DNA from: Candidatus Parcubacteria bacterium
GTDB lineage: Bacteria > Patescibacteriota > Minisyncoccia > Phycocordibacterales > UBA9973
NCBI GenBank assembly: GCA_039795715.1
Contig: JBDKLD010000008.1
Span: 1 to 59,996, forward strand
Reading direction: 5' to 3'
Length of the DNA stretch: 59,996 bases
How positions within the stretch are numbered: position 1 is the stretch's first letter; every line of letters begins with the position of its first letter. The notes under the pieces were generated by a model, which did not search any database, was not told the DNA's origin, and was given only the letters and a program-made list of their open reading frames with translations. Positions 25,661-35,787 of this stretch are shown here, in pieces. Position numbers and translations under genes: made by a program.

Positions 25661-26518
25661 TTATAGCAGGATTCTGAAAAATTGCTTGGCGTTATTGAGC
25701 ATGGCTTGGCGGACTTTTTCTTCGCCGATTTCATCATCCATGCCCTTGATTTTGGCAATGGTTTTAACGACCTCTTTTACCATCCATGGCTCTGCACGTC
25801 CAGACATACCAGTACGGTCATTTTTGCGATATGGTTCGGGCGCGGCAAATGGCGAATCAGTTTCAGCCATAATACTTTCGAGTGGCAACATTTTTATCAC
25901 TTCGTCATAGTCACGAGAAAAAGTAATTGGACCATCAAATGACATTGTGTGATGAGCGTCGAGTGCTTTTTGAGCGATAGTTGTATCGCCAACAAAGAAA
26001 TGAAAGTTGGCACGGACTTGAGGAAAATTTGAAAGAATATTGAGCGTGTCTTCATATGCGTCCATATTTACTATACCGTCTGGCGTCATACCTTTGCTCG
26101 GTCTCGCGTGGATCATAAGTGGCTTGCCTGTTTTCTCTGCGAGAGTAATTTGTTTCAGAAACAGTTCTTTTTGCTTTTTAAAAACTGTTTGCCCATCTGT
26201 GGTACGACTTTCTTTTGGCGTACGGAAAAAGTCAAAGCCACATTCCCCTATTGCCACAACTCTTGGATGCTTTGCCATTTCTTCATATGTAGTGATGTCA
26301 AAATCCTCATCGGTATCGGTCGGATGCTGACCAATCGTCGCCCAGATATTCGGGCTCATCTCGGCGATTTCAATTGCGCGCTTTGATGACGCAAGATCGG
26401 TGCCAACGCAAATCGTCGCAGCGCCTTCGAACTCCATTTTTTTTATCGCACTATCCAGATCCGCATCAAATTGCGGCAGGTTAAAGTGAGAATGAATGTC
26501 TATGTATTTTATTTCCAT
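25661..26518 (-). CDS. tatD: TatD-family metal-dependent hydrolase/DNase
   Basis: YIDIHSHFN (HxH), AIGECGFDF, PLMIHAR, ETDSPF. Confidence 0.85.
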   Translation of the reverse strand: MEIKYIDIHSHFNLPQFDADLDSAIKKMEFEGAATICVGTDLASSKRAIEIAEMSPNIWATIGQHPTDTDEDFDITTYEEMAKHPRVVAIGECGFDFFRTPKESRTTDGQTVFKKQKELFLKQITLAEKTGKPLMIHARPSKGMTPDGIVNMDAYEDTLNILSNFPQVRANFHFFVGDTTIAQKALDAHHTMSFDGPITFSRDYDEVIKMLPLESIMAETDSPFAAPEPYRKNDRTGMSGRAEPWMVKEVVKTIAKIKGMDDEIGEEKVRQAMLNNAKQFFRILL

Positions 26519-26524
26519 ACAAAA

Positions 26525-28018
26525 TTAGATTCTCTGAAACAACGGCTTCTCCGGTTTCATATTCTGCTGAATGAGAGCTTTGAGTAAGTCGTGAGTTTTT
26601 GGCATGAGTGGTGCGAGCATAGTTGTGATGGAGTGTAGTCGCGCTACATATTCGCCGATGAGCGCCTTACCTTTTTCTTCGTCGGTTTTGACAACTTTGA
26701 AGGCTTCAGTTTCCTGGATGTACTTGTCGAGCGATTGTACTTCTTTCCAGACGTAATCGGTAGCAGTGACAATGTCGAACTCTTGAAGTTTTATTGAAAA
26801 TTCCTTCATGTCGATGTGATTGGAAAAATCGGGTGCAGATGTAGGCGCGGATATGAGATATTTTTGCGACAAGGTGAGAATGCGCGATGCCAAATTGCCG
26901 AGTCCATTTGCCAGACCGGCATTGTACCATTCGATCATGGCTTCCATGGTCAGATCAGAATCTTCGAAAGAGTTGGTGTGACGAAGTAAAATATAGCGCA
27001 ACACATCGGATGCGAGATTGCCGGCAACTGGCTGAAACACTGCTACGACATCGTATGGCGAAATGACATTACCGAGAGACTTCGACATTTTCTGCCCGCC
27101 AGAATTGATGAAGCCGTTCACCACTACATGATCAGTCCCCGGCAAACCGGCAGAGAGTAACATTGCCTGCCAAGTAAGCGACTGTTGGCGAGTATTGTCT
27201 TTACCGCAGTATTGGACTTTGTCGCCATTTTGCCAGAATTTTTCGAAGAGGGTTTCATCGCCATTTTTTTCGCTGACTTCCCCATCTGGCCAACCAAGCG
27301 TCGAAATATAGTTGGTGAGCGCATCAAACCAAACGTACATGACTTGCGATGCGTCACCCGGCACAGGAACTCCCCATGGCATTTTCTCGGCACTACGCGA
27401 AATAGAAAAATCCTGCAAGCCACGCGAAAGAAAAGCTTTCATTTCATTGTAGCGAAAATCAGGAATGACGAGTTGCTGATGATCAGCATAATATTTTTCA
27501 AGCAACGGCGCGACTTTCGACAAAGCAAAGAAATAATTTTCTTCGTCAATAAGCTCGAGCTCGCGATTCGGATGAATCGGACAGCGGCCTTTTTCATCTA
27601 GCTCACTATCGGTTTTCTCCAGCTCACAACCGACACAATACTTGGCACTATATTTTCCTTTGTAGATATAGCCACGTTCGTCACAGATTTGCCAGAGTTT
27701 CTGTGCGGCACTTTCATGGTGCGCATCTGTCGTTCGGATAAAATGAATGTCGTCACTGATGCCGAGCAATTCTACTAGCCCGCGAAATTTCTCTGCGTAG
27801 CCATCGACATAGTCGCGGACATCCTTGCCGGACTTTTGCGCAGATTCCCAAAGCTTGAGGCCATGCTCGTCAGTGCCGGTATTGAAAAAGACATCGTGAC
27901 CAGTGAGTTTCTTGTAGCGCGCGATCACGTCGGCGCGAATTATTTCCATAGCAAAACCAACGTGCGGTTCAGCATTTACGTAAGGCAACGTTGTCGTGAT
28001 GTAGAAAGGTTTCGACAT
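26525..28018 (-). CDS. metG: Methionyl-tRNA synthetase (short form)
   Basis: FYITTTLPYVNAEPHVGF (HIGH region), Zn-knuckle CVGCE...CPIH, KMSKSLGN. Confidence 0.93.
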   Translation of the reverse strand: MSKPFYITTTLPYVNAEPHVGFAMEIIRADVIARYKKLTGHDVFFNTGTDEHGLKLWESAQKSGKDVRDYVDGYAEKFRGLVELLGISDDIHFIRTTDAHHESAAQKLWQICDERGYIYKGKYSAKYCVGCELEKTDSELDEKGRCPIHPNRELELIDEENYFFALSKVAPLLEKYYADHQQLVIPDFRYNEMKAFLSRGLQDFSISRSAEKMPWGVPVPGDASQVMYVWFDALTNYISTLGWPDGEVSEKNGDETLFEKFWQNGDKVQYCGKDNTRQQSLTWQAMLLSAGLPGTDHVVVNGFINSGGQKMSKSLGNVISPYDVVAVFQPVAGNLASDVLRYILLRHTNSFEDSDLTMEAMIEWYNAGLANGLGNLASRILTLSQKYLISAPTSAPDFSNHIDMKEFSIKLQEFDIVTATDYVWKEVQSLDKYIQETEAFKVVKTDEEKGKALIGEYVARLHSITTMLAPLMPKTHDLLKALIQQNMKPEKPLFQRI

Positions 28019-28021
28019 GAA

Positions 28022-29083
28022 TTAGGAATTGGTTTCGTCGATAACGACACGCCTCTTTTCTATATCATCGACATATTCAAGCAATGCGACCGTGACTGGA
28101 ATCGCGAGAATGAGCCCCCATACACCAGCGAGCTGAAAACCAGCGAGCACAGAAAGTATCACGACGAGCGGAGAAATGCCGACGACACGCTTGACGACGA
28201 GTGGCTGGAAAACGTAGCTTTCTATTTGCTGGATAACAAGGTACGAAATGAAAACAAAAACCGAAAGCTTGAGACCGCCTTGGAGATAGGCAAAACCTGT
28301 TGCCGGAATCATGGCAAGTGTCACGCCAAATGGAATGAGCTCAAAAAGCCCAGTCGCTATCGCGAGCAAGAGCGCGTACGGAATACCGAGTAGTGACAGC
28401 ACGACAAATGTCATCACCGCGACAATAAGTCCGAGGATGAGCTGGCTCTTGAGCCAAAGCGCAATCTTGTGTTGCGTCCTGTCCCATAGACCGATGACGT
28501 AGTTCTCATGCTTCTGCGGTGTGATGATGCGGAGGAATTTTGAAATACCATTTTCCTGTATCGAAAGGTAGAAGGAAATAATGATGATGAGGACAACGTT
28601 GATGATGCCACCAAAAATCGTAACAATTGAAGCAAAAAATCCGCCCGAGACGCCGGCCGCGAACTTCTGTATCGATGTTGCGAAATCCCCAAGCGAGCTA
28701 GCATTGAGTGATGACACAAAGTCTGATGCGCTATTGAGGCTGTCGGCTGTGCCTCGAAAGTTCGTAGATGTAATGTAATTGGAAAGTAAATTGATGAGGT
28801 GCGATGTTTCGGAAATAATGAGCGGAACGAAGAGATAGAAAAGTCCAGCCAGCCCGAGAATAAAAAGTACGTATACAATAACCACAGAGAGCATTCTGCC
28901 GATGCCGATTTTCTTGAAACGCCTGATCGCGGCTTCGGCGAATGAAGCAATGACAACCGCGGTGAGCACGACGAGAATGATGCTACGAAGCAAATAGAGT
29001 GCGTAGAGAAGCAGGCCATACAAAAGAACACGGATTATTGTTCCGGTCGAGATAACTACGAGGCGCTTATCTTCTCTTTCCAT
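28022..29083 (-). CDS. AI-2E family transporter (PerM/UPF0118)
   Basis: Eight or so TM helices and the conserved C-terminal LIPFGVTLAMIP...GISPLVVILSVLAG pattern. ATG 29083 preferred over the GTG at 29098. Confidence 0.7.
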   Translation of the reverse strand: MEREDKRLVVISTGTIIRVLLYGLLLYALYLLRSIILVVLTAVVIASFAEAAIRRFKKIGIGRMLSVVIVYVLFILGLAGLFYLFVPLIISETSHLINLLSNYITSTNFRGTADSLNSASDFVSSLNASSLGDFATSIQKFAAGVSGGFFASIVTIFGGIINVVLIIIISFYLSIQENGISKFLRIITPQKHENYVIGLWDRTQHKIALWLKSQLILGLIVAVMTFVVLSLLGIPYALLLAIATGLFELIPFGVTLAMIPATGFAYLQGGLKLSVFVFISYLVIQQIESYVFQPLVVKRVVGISPLVVILSVLAGFQLAGVWGLILAIPVTVALLEYVDDIEKRRVVIDETNS

Positions 29084-29112
29084 GCCAGTATCGTACACCC
29101 TTAGAGCCCTGC

Positions 29113-30387
29113 TTACAAATCTACTTGGGGAAGGAAGGATTCAAGTATTTTTTCATCTGCCACTGGACCAACTCCTGCGAGACGGAAGTTTTCTGGTTTT
29201 AAAATATCTTTTGCCACACGTAAAATATCTTCTTTGGTGATGGCTTCGATTCGAGCAGTGCGTTCTTCTATGGTGTCGAGTGGATGATTGAAGAGGAATG
29301 AACTACCGTAAAAATTGGCAACGTGTTCATTGTCTTCAAATCCCATGAGCAACGCTGACTTGCGAGACTTCTTTGCTAAAGTAAGTTCGAGATCGGTGAC
29401 TGGTACTTCCGCGATTTTCTGAAATTCTGCCACCATCGCCGGGAGCACAATTGAGAGACCTTTGGGATCTATGCCTGTACCACCATAGAAAACACCATAG
29501 CCTTCAGCAGCAGATTGCGTAGCAAAAACATAGTAGCCATAACCAAGCTCTTCACGAATGCGTTGGAAAAGTCGTGACGACATCGTGCCACCGAGAATGG
29601 TAGCGACAAGGGATGCGATAAAGCGATCAGGGTGTTCGTAACCAAAACTTCGTGCACCAAGCAGGAAGTGCATTTGTTCACTGTCGTCTTTCGCGACTTT
29701 GACGCGACTACCGACACTTTCACCTGTGGCGACGATTGGCGCAGGCGTAGTAGCCTGCGCTTCGTTAAAATATTTTTCAATTTCAGAAAATGCACTCTCG
29801 TGTGAAATACCGCCTGCAACCACAACAACTGTTCCCGCCGGACTGTAATGTTGCTTGTGCCAAGCAGACATACGTTCGCGTGTCATGCCACGGACAGTTT
29901 CCTCGTAACCAATAACTGGGCGACCAGCAGGAAGACCGGGAAAAACAAGTTCATCAAAAAGCTGGTCAACGCGTGCACGCGGTTCATCCATGTACATTTT
30001 TATTTCATCAACAATGACGCCTTTTTCTTTCTCTAGCTCAGCATCTGGAAAAATAGAATTGAGGTAAATGTCAGCCAGAATTTCCAAGCTCTCGGCAAAT
30101 TCTGGTATTGCGGTCTTGGCATAATAGCCAGTGTACTGATTGGAAGTAAAGGCATTGATGTGCGCGCCAAGCGCGTCAAAGTCACGAGTGATCTGGAGCG
30201 CAGAAGGACGCTTTGTTGTGCCCTTGAAACACATGTGCTCGAGAAAATGCGCGATGCCAGCATCTGCTTCGGACTCATTGTTGGAGCCAACTCGCTGGAG
30301 AATCATTGTAGTTTGCGAAAGCGACTCCGGCATATATACCGAAACGACACGCACGCCGTTGTTTAATTCGTGAGTTTTTATTTGCAT
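29113..30387 (-). CDS. M16-family zinc peptidase (pitrilysin/insulinase-like)
   Basis: Inverted zinc motif HFLEHMCFKGT (HxxEH) and a typical ~420-aa two-lobed length. Confidence 0.85.
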   Translation of the reverse strand: MQIKTHELNNGVRVVSVYMPESLSQTTMILQRVGSNNESEADAGIAHFLEHMCFKGTTKRPSALQITRDFDALGAHINAFTSNQYTGYYAKTAIPEFAESLEILADIYLNSIFPDAELEKEKGVIVDEIKMYMDEPRARVDQLFDELVFPGLPAGRPVIGYEETVRGMTRERMSAWHKQHYSPAGTVVVVAGGISHESAFSEIEKYFNEAQATTPAPIVATGESVGSRVKVAKDDSEQMHFLLGARSFGYEHPDRFIASLVATILGGTMSSRLFQRIREELGYGYYVFATQSAAEGYGVFYGGTGIDPKGLSIVLPAMVAEFQKIAEVPVTDLELTLAKKSRKSALLMGFEDNEHVANFYGSSFLFNHPLDTIEERTARIEAITKEDILRVAKDILKPENFRLAGVGPVADEKILESFLPQVDL

Positions 30388-30479
30388 AGCATTATTTTAG
30401 CAAACTGAAATTAAAAAAAGATTACTTTAAAATAAAGAAAAGATAAAGAAATTCTCTGGCAGAAAACCCGCTTCGGCGA

Positions 30480-31832
30480 CTAGGCAATCTTGCCTTTGAT
30501 GAACGAAACAAGCTCGCTTATTGCCACTCTCTCCTGCTCCCCGCTGTCACGATGACGGATAGTGACTGTACCCAGATGCTCAGGCTTTTCTCCGAGCGTG
30601 TCGAAGTCTACCACAATGCAAAACGGCGTGCCAATTTCGTCTTGGCGACGGTAGCGTTTGCCAATATTGCCATTGTCGTCGTAGGAAATACGGCCAAATT
30701 CTTTCTTGAGCGTGGTAAAAACTTCGCGGGCTTTTTCCACGAGTTCAGGCTTGTTGCGAAGGAGCGGAGAAACCGCGGCGAGCACTGGCGCAATGTGTGG
30801 AGCAAGTTTGAGATATGGTCGTGTCTCGCCATTCATTTCATCTTCGGTATATGCCTCCATAAGAGTAAACAGGACAGCACGATCAACACCGCCAGAGCAT
30901 TCAATATCCCAAGGAATGTAGCGCTCTTTGGTTTCTTCATCGTAGTACGACATATCAACACCTGAATACTCTGTGTGACGACGCAAATCCCAATCAGCGC
31001 GATGGTGAATCCCCCAGGCTTCTTTCCAACCAACTACTGGCATATTGTACTCAATATCCCAAGCATCTTTTGCATAATGCGCGAGCTCATCAGGACCATG
31101 TTGTCGCAAGCGTAAGTTCTCTTTTTTAAATCCAAGGCTTATGTACCAATCAAGCGCAGATTGTTTCCATGATTCAAAAATTTCCATCGCTGACTTTTCA
31201 TCAGGCTTGACGTAATACTGAAGTTCCATTTGTTCAAACTCGCGTTGTCGAAAAAGAAAGTCTCTCGGTGTGATTTCATTTCTAAATGCCTTGCCAATTT
31301 GCCCGACGCCAAATGGCAACTTGGGGTGCATCGAATCAAGAATATTTTTGAAATTGACATGGACGCCTTGGGTAATCTCGCCACGGAGATAGGCCTTGGT
31401 CGCAGTTGCCTCTGATGCGCCCAGCTTTGTTTCTACAAGCAAATTGAAAACTCGTGGCTCTGACCAAGCAACTTTTTCTTTTGTATGTTTGGTCTCATGG
31501 TCAGCAATAGCTTCTGGTTGATCGGCACGTACTCTTTCGTGGCAGATATTGCATTCAACCAAAGGATCGGTAAAAAGCTCTGTATGGCCAGATGCTTGCC
31601 AGACTTTTTCCGGCATGAGAATCGCCGCGCTAATTGGAAAAATATCTTCTCGGTCTGAGATGAACTTTTTCCAAAAATGCTGTTTGATATTGTGTCGCAA
31701 CTCTACACCAAGCGGGCCGTAATCATAGATTCCCGCCATGCCCCCATAAATCTCTGATCCTTGGAAAATAAAGCCACGTCGCTTGCAGAGCGATACGATT
31801 TTTTCCATTGTGCTGTTAGTTTCTTCTTTCAT
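30480..31832 (-). CDS. glyQS: Glycyl-tRNA synthetase (alpha2 dimeric type)
   Basis: IVSLCKRRGFIFQGSEIYGG, GPLGVELRHNI, FRNEITPRDFLFRQREFEQME (class II motif 2), and a C-terminal anticodon-binding domain. Confidence 0.93.
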   Translation of the reverse strand: MKEETNSTMEKIVSLCKRRGFIFQGSEIYGGMAGIYDYGPLGVELRHNIKQHFWKKFISDREDIFPISAAILMPEKVWQASGHTELFTDPLVECNICHERVRADQPEAIADHETKHTKEKVAWSEPRVFNLLVETKLGASEATATKAYLRGEITQGVHVNFKNILDSMHPKLPFGVGQIGKAFRNEITPRDFLFRQREFEQMELQYYVKPDEKSAMEIFESWKQSALDWYISLGFKKENLRLRQHGPDELAHYAKDAWDIEYNMPVVGWKEAWGIHHRADWDLRRHTEYSGVDMSYYDEETKERYIPWDIECSGGVDRAVLFTLMEAYTEDEMNGETRPYLKLAPHIAPVLAAVSPLLRNKPELVEKAREVFTTLKKEFGRISYDDNGNIGKRYRRQDEIGTPFCIVVDFDTLGEKPEHLGTVTIRHRDSGEQERVAISELVSFIKGKIA

Positions 31833-31850
31833 AATTATTATTTGTTGAAT

Positions 31851-33770
31851 TTATTGGACAACTTTTTCTCCATTTGGCGGAAAACCTGGCTCACCGGATA
31901 CAAGCGTCGAAAGTTTGGCAGAGGTTTTCCTAATTGCGGTATTGGTAAACAAATCAGTCGCAGTAAGGACAGATTCGCTGAGCAAGCTCGGTATTGTGTT
32001 TACTTGCGAAGTTGATGGCTTGAGCATGACTTGGAACGAAACTGTTTTTGGATTTCCAGAAAATCCAGCTCCGCGCGACACACTGCCAACATTCCAGACT
32101 ATCTCATGCGTCGTCGTATTGTAGTCAAGATTTTCATTTGAACCTGGATCTTTTTTGACAAATGAAATATTGGCTGGCAATGTTGCCTTTACTTCTCCCT
32201 TGGAAACCTTATTGCTAGTATTAGTGATTTTCCATTCTATCGTATAGGTAGTTTCAGCTCCAGCTTTTGGAGGAAGCGGACCAGAATTCTGAATTCCGCC
32301 CGTCGAGTATAGCGTTCTGCTGGAAAGTTGCAAATCGGTATTTATCCGAAAATCTTTTTTCTCAAAACTATTGACTTCTTTGAGCGCAACGCCTTCGTCG
32401 AGTTGACTGCCTTTGACGCTGATTTCCACGGTAATAGTCGGGTCAGTAATAACGGCATTGGCGCCTGCAAGCAGTGAAAGTGACGAGAAGCTAAGTGAAA
32501 GTGTGCCGTGTGCCCCGGGTTTTACGTTGGCAAAAGCTGGCACGGTGTTTTTGTCCCAGACAACAGTGCCAGTATTTGAATCGTAGAAGCCATTTGATTT
32601 GATGCCTGTACTACTTAGGGCATTACCGTAAAGCCTTGCTCGAATCTCAAGATTATCGACAGGTGTCGGAAGATTATTTGACCATTCAACTTTTGCGTCT
32701 ATTTTATCTGCCGAATTTACTGCAAAGATATCTTCGTCTTTGCCACCAAGTGTAAGTCTGGCGTCAATGAATGGCTTGCCGATGAGTACTTCGTACACAC
32801 TGCTATTGTAGACAACAGAAACTTTGGTGCCGTCTTTGGGGTCTTGTTCGCCAGCTGAAATACGGAAAGCTTTTTTATCACCATTGATACCAACAATTTT
32901 GCCGTGTACAGTTATGATATTTTCAGAACCGACATCGGTTTTACCCAAAGGAAATATGTTGTTATTGAGTAATGACTTTGGGGTCGCATCAGCAAACTGA
33001 AATCCTGGTGGGTAGTCAACTCTGATAATTGTATTTTTACTGAGGTGGTTCGAGGCGACGACAGCTTTGATCTTGAGTGTATAGTCTTGGTTTGAAACAC
33101 TTTCAACTGGCGCTTCGACAGTGAGGACAAGCGGTGCTGTATTGATCTGAATAGGAAAAACTTCTTCCTTGATGAAGGTTGCTACAGAGCCGCGGACAGT
33201 GTATTCGAGACGTGCGCGGATTTCTTTGTTTGTGCCTTGCTCACCGTAGAGAATAACCGAAATATGTTCATCTATTTGCTCACCTGGAGAAATGGACTTG
33301 AGGCTGATACGTTTGCGCTCGTAGTCGCCAGCATCACCAGTGTCGGAGCCACGCGGATACTCGATAATGAGCTGAGCAGAATCAATAGACACGGAATTTT
33401 CGTTGGTGACAGAAATATCCATCGGAAGTTCTTCGCCACCGGCAGTATAGGCATTACCGGTGATTGCGATTTTTACTCGATCGTTGGAAACGGTGTTTCC
33501 TCCTGCGTAGAGCATGACAAAGGCGTATATCACGCCTAGTACCAAAAATAGCACAGCGCCGATGAAGAACTTTTTAAATAAAGATGAAGAAGTTCTAAAA
33601 TTTGCTCGGCTGGTTTTTTTTGGCATAGTATTTTCTTTCCACTCTTCACTCACGCCAAAATCTTTCTGACTGAATGTCCCGTCTTTTTTTTCGTGAATGA
33701 GGGCTTTGTTTCGGGAATAAAGTTTCCTTCTCAATGATTCGATTCGACTGATACGATTGTTGTCGTCCAT
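31851..33770 (-). CDS. Hypothetical signal-anchored multi-domain beta-rich surface protein
   Basis: Cytoplasmic N-terminus, a single TM (FFIGAVLFLVLGVIYAFVMLYAG), then about 560 aa of beta-sandwich-like sequence. Confidence 0.5.
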   Translation of the reverse strand: MDDNNRISRIESLRRKLYSRNKALIHEKKDGTFSQKDFGVSEEWKENTMPKKTSRANFRTSSSLFKKFFIGAVLFLVLGVIYAFVMLYAGGNTVSNDRVKIAITGNAYTAGGEELPMDISVTNENSVSIDSAQLIIEYPRGSDTGDAGDYERKRISLKSISPGEQIDEHISVILYGEQGTNKEIRARLEYTVRGSVATFIKEEVFPIQINTAPLVLTVEAPVESVSNQDYTLKIKAVVASNHLSKNTIIRVDYPPGFQFADATPKSLLNNNIFPLGKTDVGSENIITVHGKIVGINGDKKAFRISAGEQDPKDGTKVSVVYNSSVYEVLIGKPFIDARLTLGGKDEDIFAVNSADKIDAKVEWSNNLPTPVDNLEIRARLYGNALSSTGIKSNGFYDSNTGTVVWDKNTVPAFANVKPGAHGTLSLSFSSLSLLAGANAVITDPTITVEISVKGSQLDEGVALKEVNSFEKKDFRINTDLQLSSRTLYSTGGIQNSGPLPPKAGAETTYTIEWKITNTSNKVSKGEVKATLPANISFVKKDPGSNENLDYNTTTHEIVWNVGSVSRGAGFSGNPKTVSFQVMLKPSTSQVNTIPSLLSESVLTATDLFTNTAIRKTSAKLSTLVSGEPGFPPNGEKVVQ

Positions 33771-33785
33771 TGTTTTATTTTAGCA

Positions 33786-34367
33786 TTAAAGCATTGTTTC
33801 GCGGAGGCTGTTGTTGACTTCTTTCACCAAATCTTCGCGACGCATAGCTACTTGCTCAAGTAATTGGTCAGTAATTGGCTCTCTGACAATGCTTCGTTCC
33901 CCACTCTCAGTGACGTACCCAAGGTGGTAGAGAATACGAAATACTGCGAGGAGCTCGAGAGAGGTGACGTTTGAGATGAGCTTTTCTTTACTTTTTTTTG
34001 AGAGGAAATTCATAACCTCTATGATTGCCTCGTAGAGTGGCTCATTTTTCTCTTGTTCTGGTACAAGCCTACGGATGAGGCTCGCGACACGGTGAAGCAT
34101 CGCTAAAGTCGCCATATCTGGCGTCTCGATGCCGAGGAGCAAATCAGTGCTACCTGCCCTATATGCCACCTTGGTATTGATCAGGTCTATGCGGACCACC
34201 ATGTACGGCTGGAGGGCAAAACGGAGCTTGGAAGATAGCTTCCTAACACCACGTGCGTCCGCCTTCACTAGCCCAAAATCCCTCGTATAGAGAGAGATTT
34301 GCTTGTCCGCCTCGCCCCGAGCGTAGCCGCCAAGAACGAGACCTTCAGTGTGGTGGATGTGGTGCAT
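33786..34367 (-). CDS. recO: DNA repair protein RecO
   Basis: N-terminal OB-fold pattern TEGLVLGGYARGEADKQISLYTRDFGLVKADARGVRK, a short helical C-terminus, and typical size for a reduced genome. Confidence 0.7.
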   Translation of the reverse strand: MHHIHHTEGLVLGGYARGEADKQISLYTRDFGLVKADARGVRKLSSKLRFALQPYMVVRIDLINTKVAYRAGSTDLLLGIETPDMATLAMLHRVASLIRRLVPEQEKNEPLYEAIIEVMNFLSKKSKEKLISNVTSLELLAVFRILYHLGYVTESGERSIVREPITDQLLEQVAMRREDLVKEVNNSLRETML

Positions 34368-34381
34368 GGCTGAGTATTTTA

Positions 34382-35014
34382 CTACTTTTCAAAAATCATT
34401 TTATAAAGTTTTTCTGACGCTTCTATTTTTTCTTCAATTTTGTCGCTTGTCGCAATAAGTTTTAACTCTGAATAAAATGTAAGGTCTTCATTCATTATCG
34501 TCGGCAAAGAATCATACACAGACGGTGCCGAATGCCCTTTATGCTTTTCAAACCAAAGGACAACTGAAGTCTGGTAAATGTGTCCTATTTTAATAGTCAC
34601 AGCAACTGGGTCGTCACGGTAGTCTTTCATACTATCAATCCGCGCAGCGTACCAAGCCTGCCATGACTGCCATTCTTCTTTTGACATTGGCAGTTCGCTT
34701 TCGGTAATTTTTGCACAACGTTCAAGAATCTCAGTTCCAATGCCATCAACTTCAAAGAGTACCCGAGCATTACCACGGCGAAGCGACCAAGCATGCTTTT
34801 TCAGATCAACATCCGAAATCGGATAACCAATGTTTGCACCTTCGCAATTTTGTCCGAAAACTATTTCGCGATAGATTTTTCTTGGCTCTTTTAAAACAAA
34901 AAATGTATCCCAATCGCTGTGTTCTTTTTCTTTACCAACAGCACGTGAGCCATGAAGAATAATGGCAAGTGGTTGGTGTTTTTGTTTGAAATAATCGATG
35001 AGTTTTTGTTCCAT
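34382..35014 (-). CDS. Pol-beta-superfamily nucleotidyltransferase domain protein
   Basis: LAIILHGSRAVGKEKEHSDWDTFFV contains the G-S-x(n)-D-x-D minimal nucleotidyltransferase signature, followed by a helical C-terminal domain. ATG 35014 is 5 nt after the upstream stop. Confidence 0.6.
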   Translation of the reverse strand: MEQKLIDYFKQKHQPLAIILHGSRAVGKEKEHSDWDTFFVLKEPRKIYREIVFGQNCEGANIGYPISDVDLKKHAWSLRRGNARVLFEVDGIGTEILERCAKITESELPMSKEEWQSWQAWYAARIDSMKDYRDDPVAVTIKIGHIYQTSVVLWFEKHKGHSAPSVYDSLPTIMNEDLTFYSELKLIATSDKIEEKIEASEKLYKMIFEK

Positions 35015-35018
35015 GCTT

Positions 35019-35786
35019 TTAATACTTATAGTCGTACGTTTCCAATTCAATTCGGCTATAGTCGATAAGTTTTTTTGCCTGCAAATCGTAGCTGTGAGTT
35101 TGGTAAGGGTTTTCAGGAGCGTCAAGCTTAAATAAATTTTGCTGATAAACATAGACCTGACCTTTGATTGGAACGCCTGGGTAACACCACAAGACCCATT
35201 CTTCTCTACCTTGAATATATTCGTTTGGCAAAGTAAATCTTTTCTTTGAGATGAGGTATAAAATAAAGTGTTCTTCTAGAAAAAAATTCTCTTGCTCTTC
35301 GGTGAGCTCCCTTCCACAGAAAGTGGCGTCCTCTTTTACATACGCTTTGAAAAGCGTGTCATTTTCATACATTTTTTTGAAGCGCTTAAAATCTGCATCA
35401 AAATCACCTCCTTTATAATTGAGATACAGCTGATTCCAAACTTCATAGAAAAATCCATGTTGAATTTGGAAACGATCTTTTTCTTTTAAAAGAAGATTTC
35501 GAAAGCCATTATTGTGTCTCATCACAAGATTCATAAACTTCCCTTTTAAATCAGAAGCTGTCTCTCTTGAATGAAGATAGAGGTAGTCACCATAAATCAT
35601 ATTGAGTCCGATTTTTGGCTCAGATACCTTACTAGGTGAAAAATGCTTTATATACTCCAAGCACTCTGCTGGAGATTGTCCCGTAGCATGATCGACGCGA
35701 GCAAGAGAAATCGGAAAAACCAAAATGCCAAACTCTTTTGGGAGTTTATTGATATCGAAGAAAGTATTTTTTGGTAGATTTTCCAT
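35019..35786 (-). CDS. Hypothetical protein, weak cyclodipeptide-synthase-like motif pattern (see findings)
   Basis: Clean 255-aa ORF whose ATG (35786) is separated by 1 nt from the ileS stop (TAGcATG). Motifs FPIS, NFFLEEH and CYP have spacing reminiscent of CDPS. Confidence 0.6.
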   Translation of the reverse strand: MENLPKNTFFDINKLPKEFGILVFPISLARVDHATGQSPAECLEYIKHFSPSKVSEPKIGLNMIYGDYLYLHSRETASDLKGKFMNLVMRHNNGFRNLLLKEKDRFQIQHGFFYEVWNQLYLNYKGGDFDADFKRFKKMYENDTLFKAYVKEDATFCGRELTEEQENFFLEEHFILYLISKKRFTLPNEYIQGREEWVLWCYPGVPIKGQVYVYQQNLFKLDAPENPYQTHSYDLQAKKLIDYSRIELETYDYKY

Positions 35787-35787
35787 G

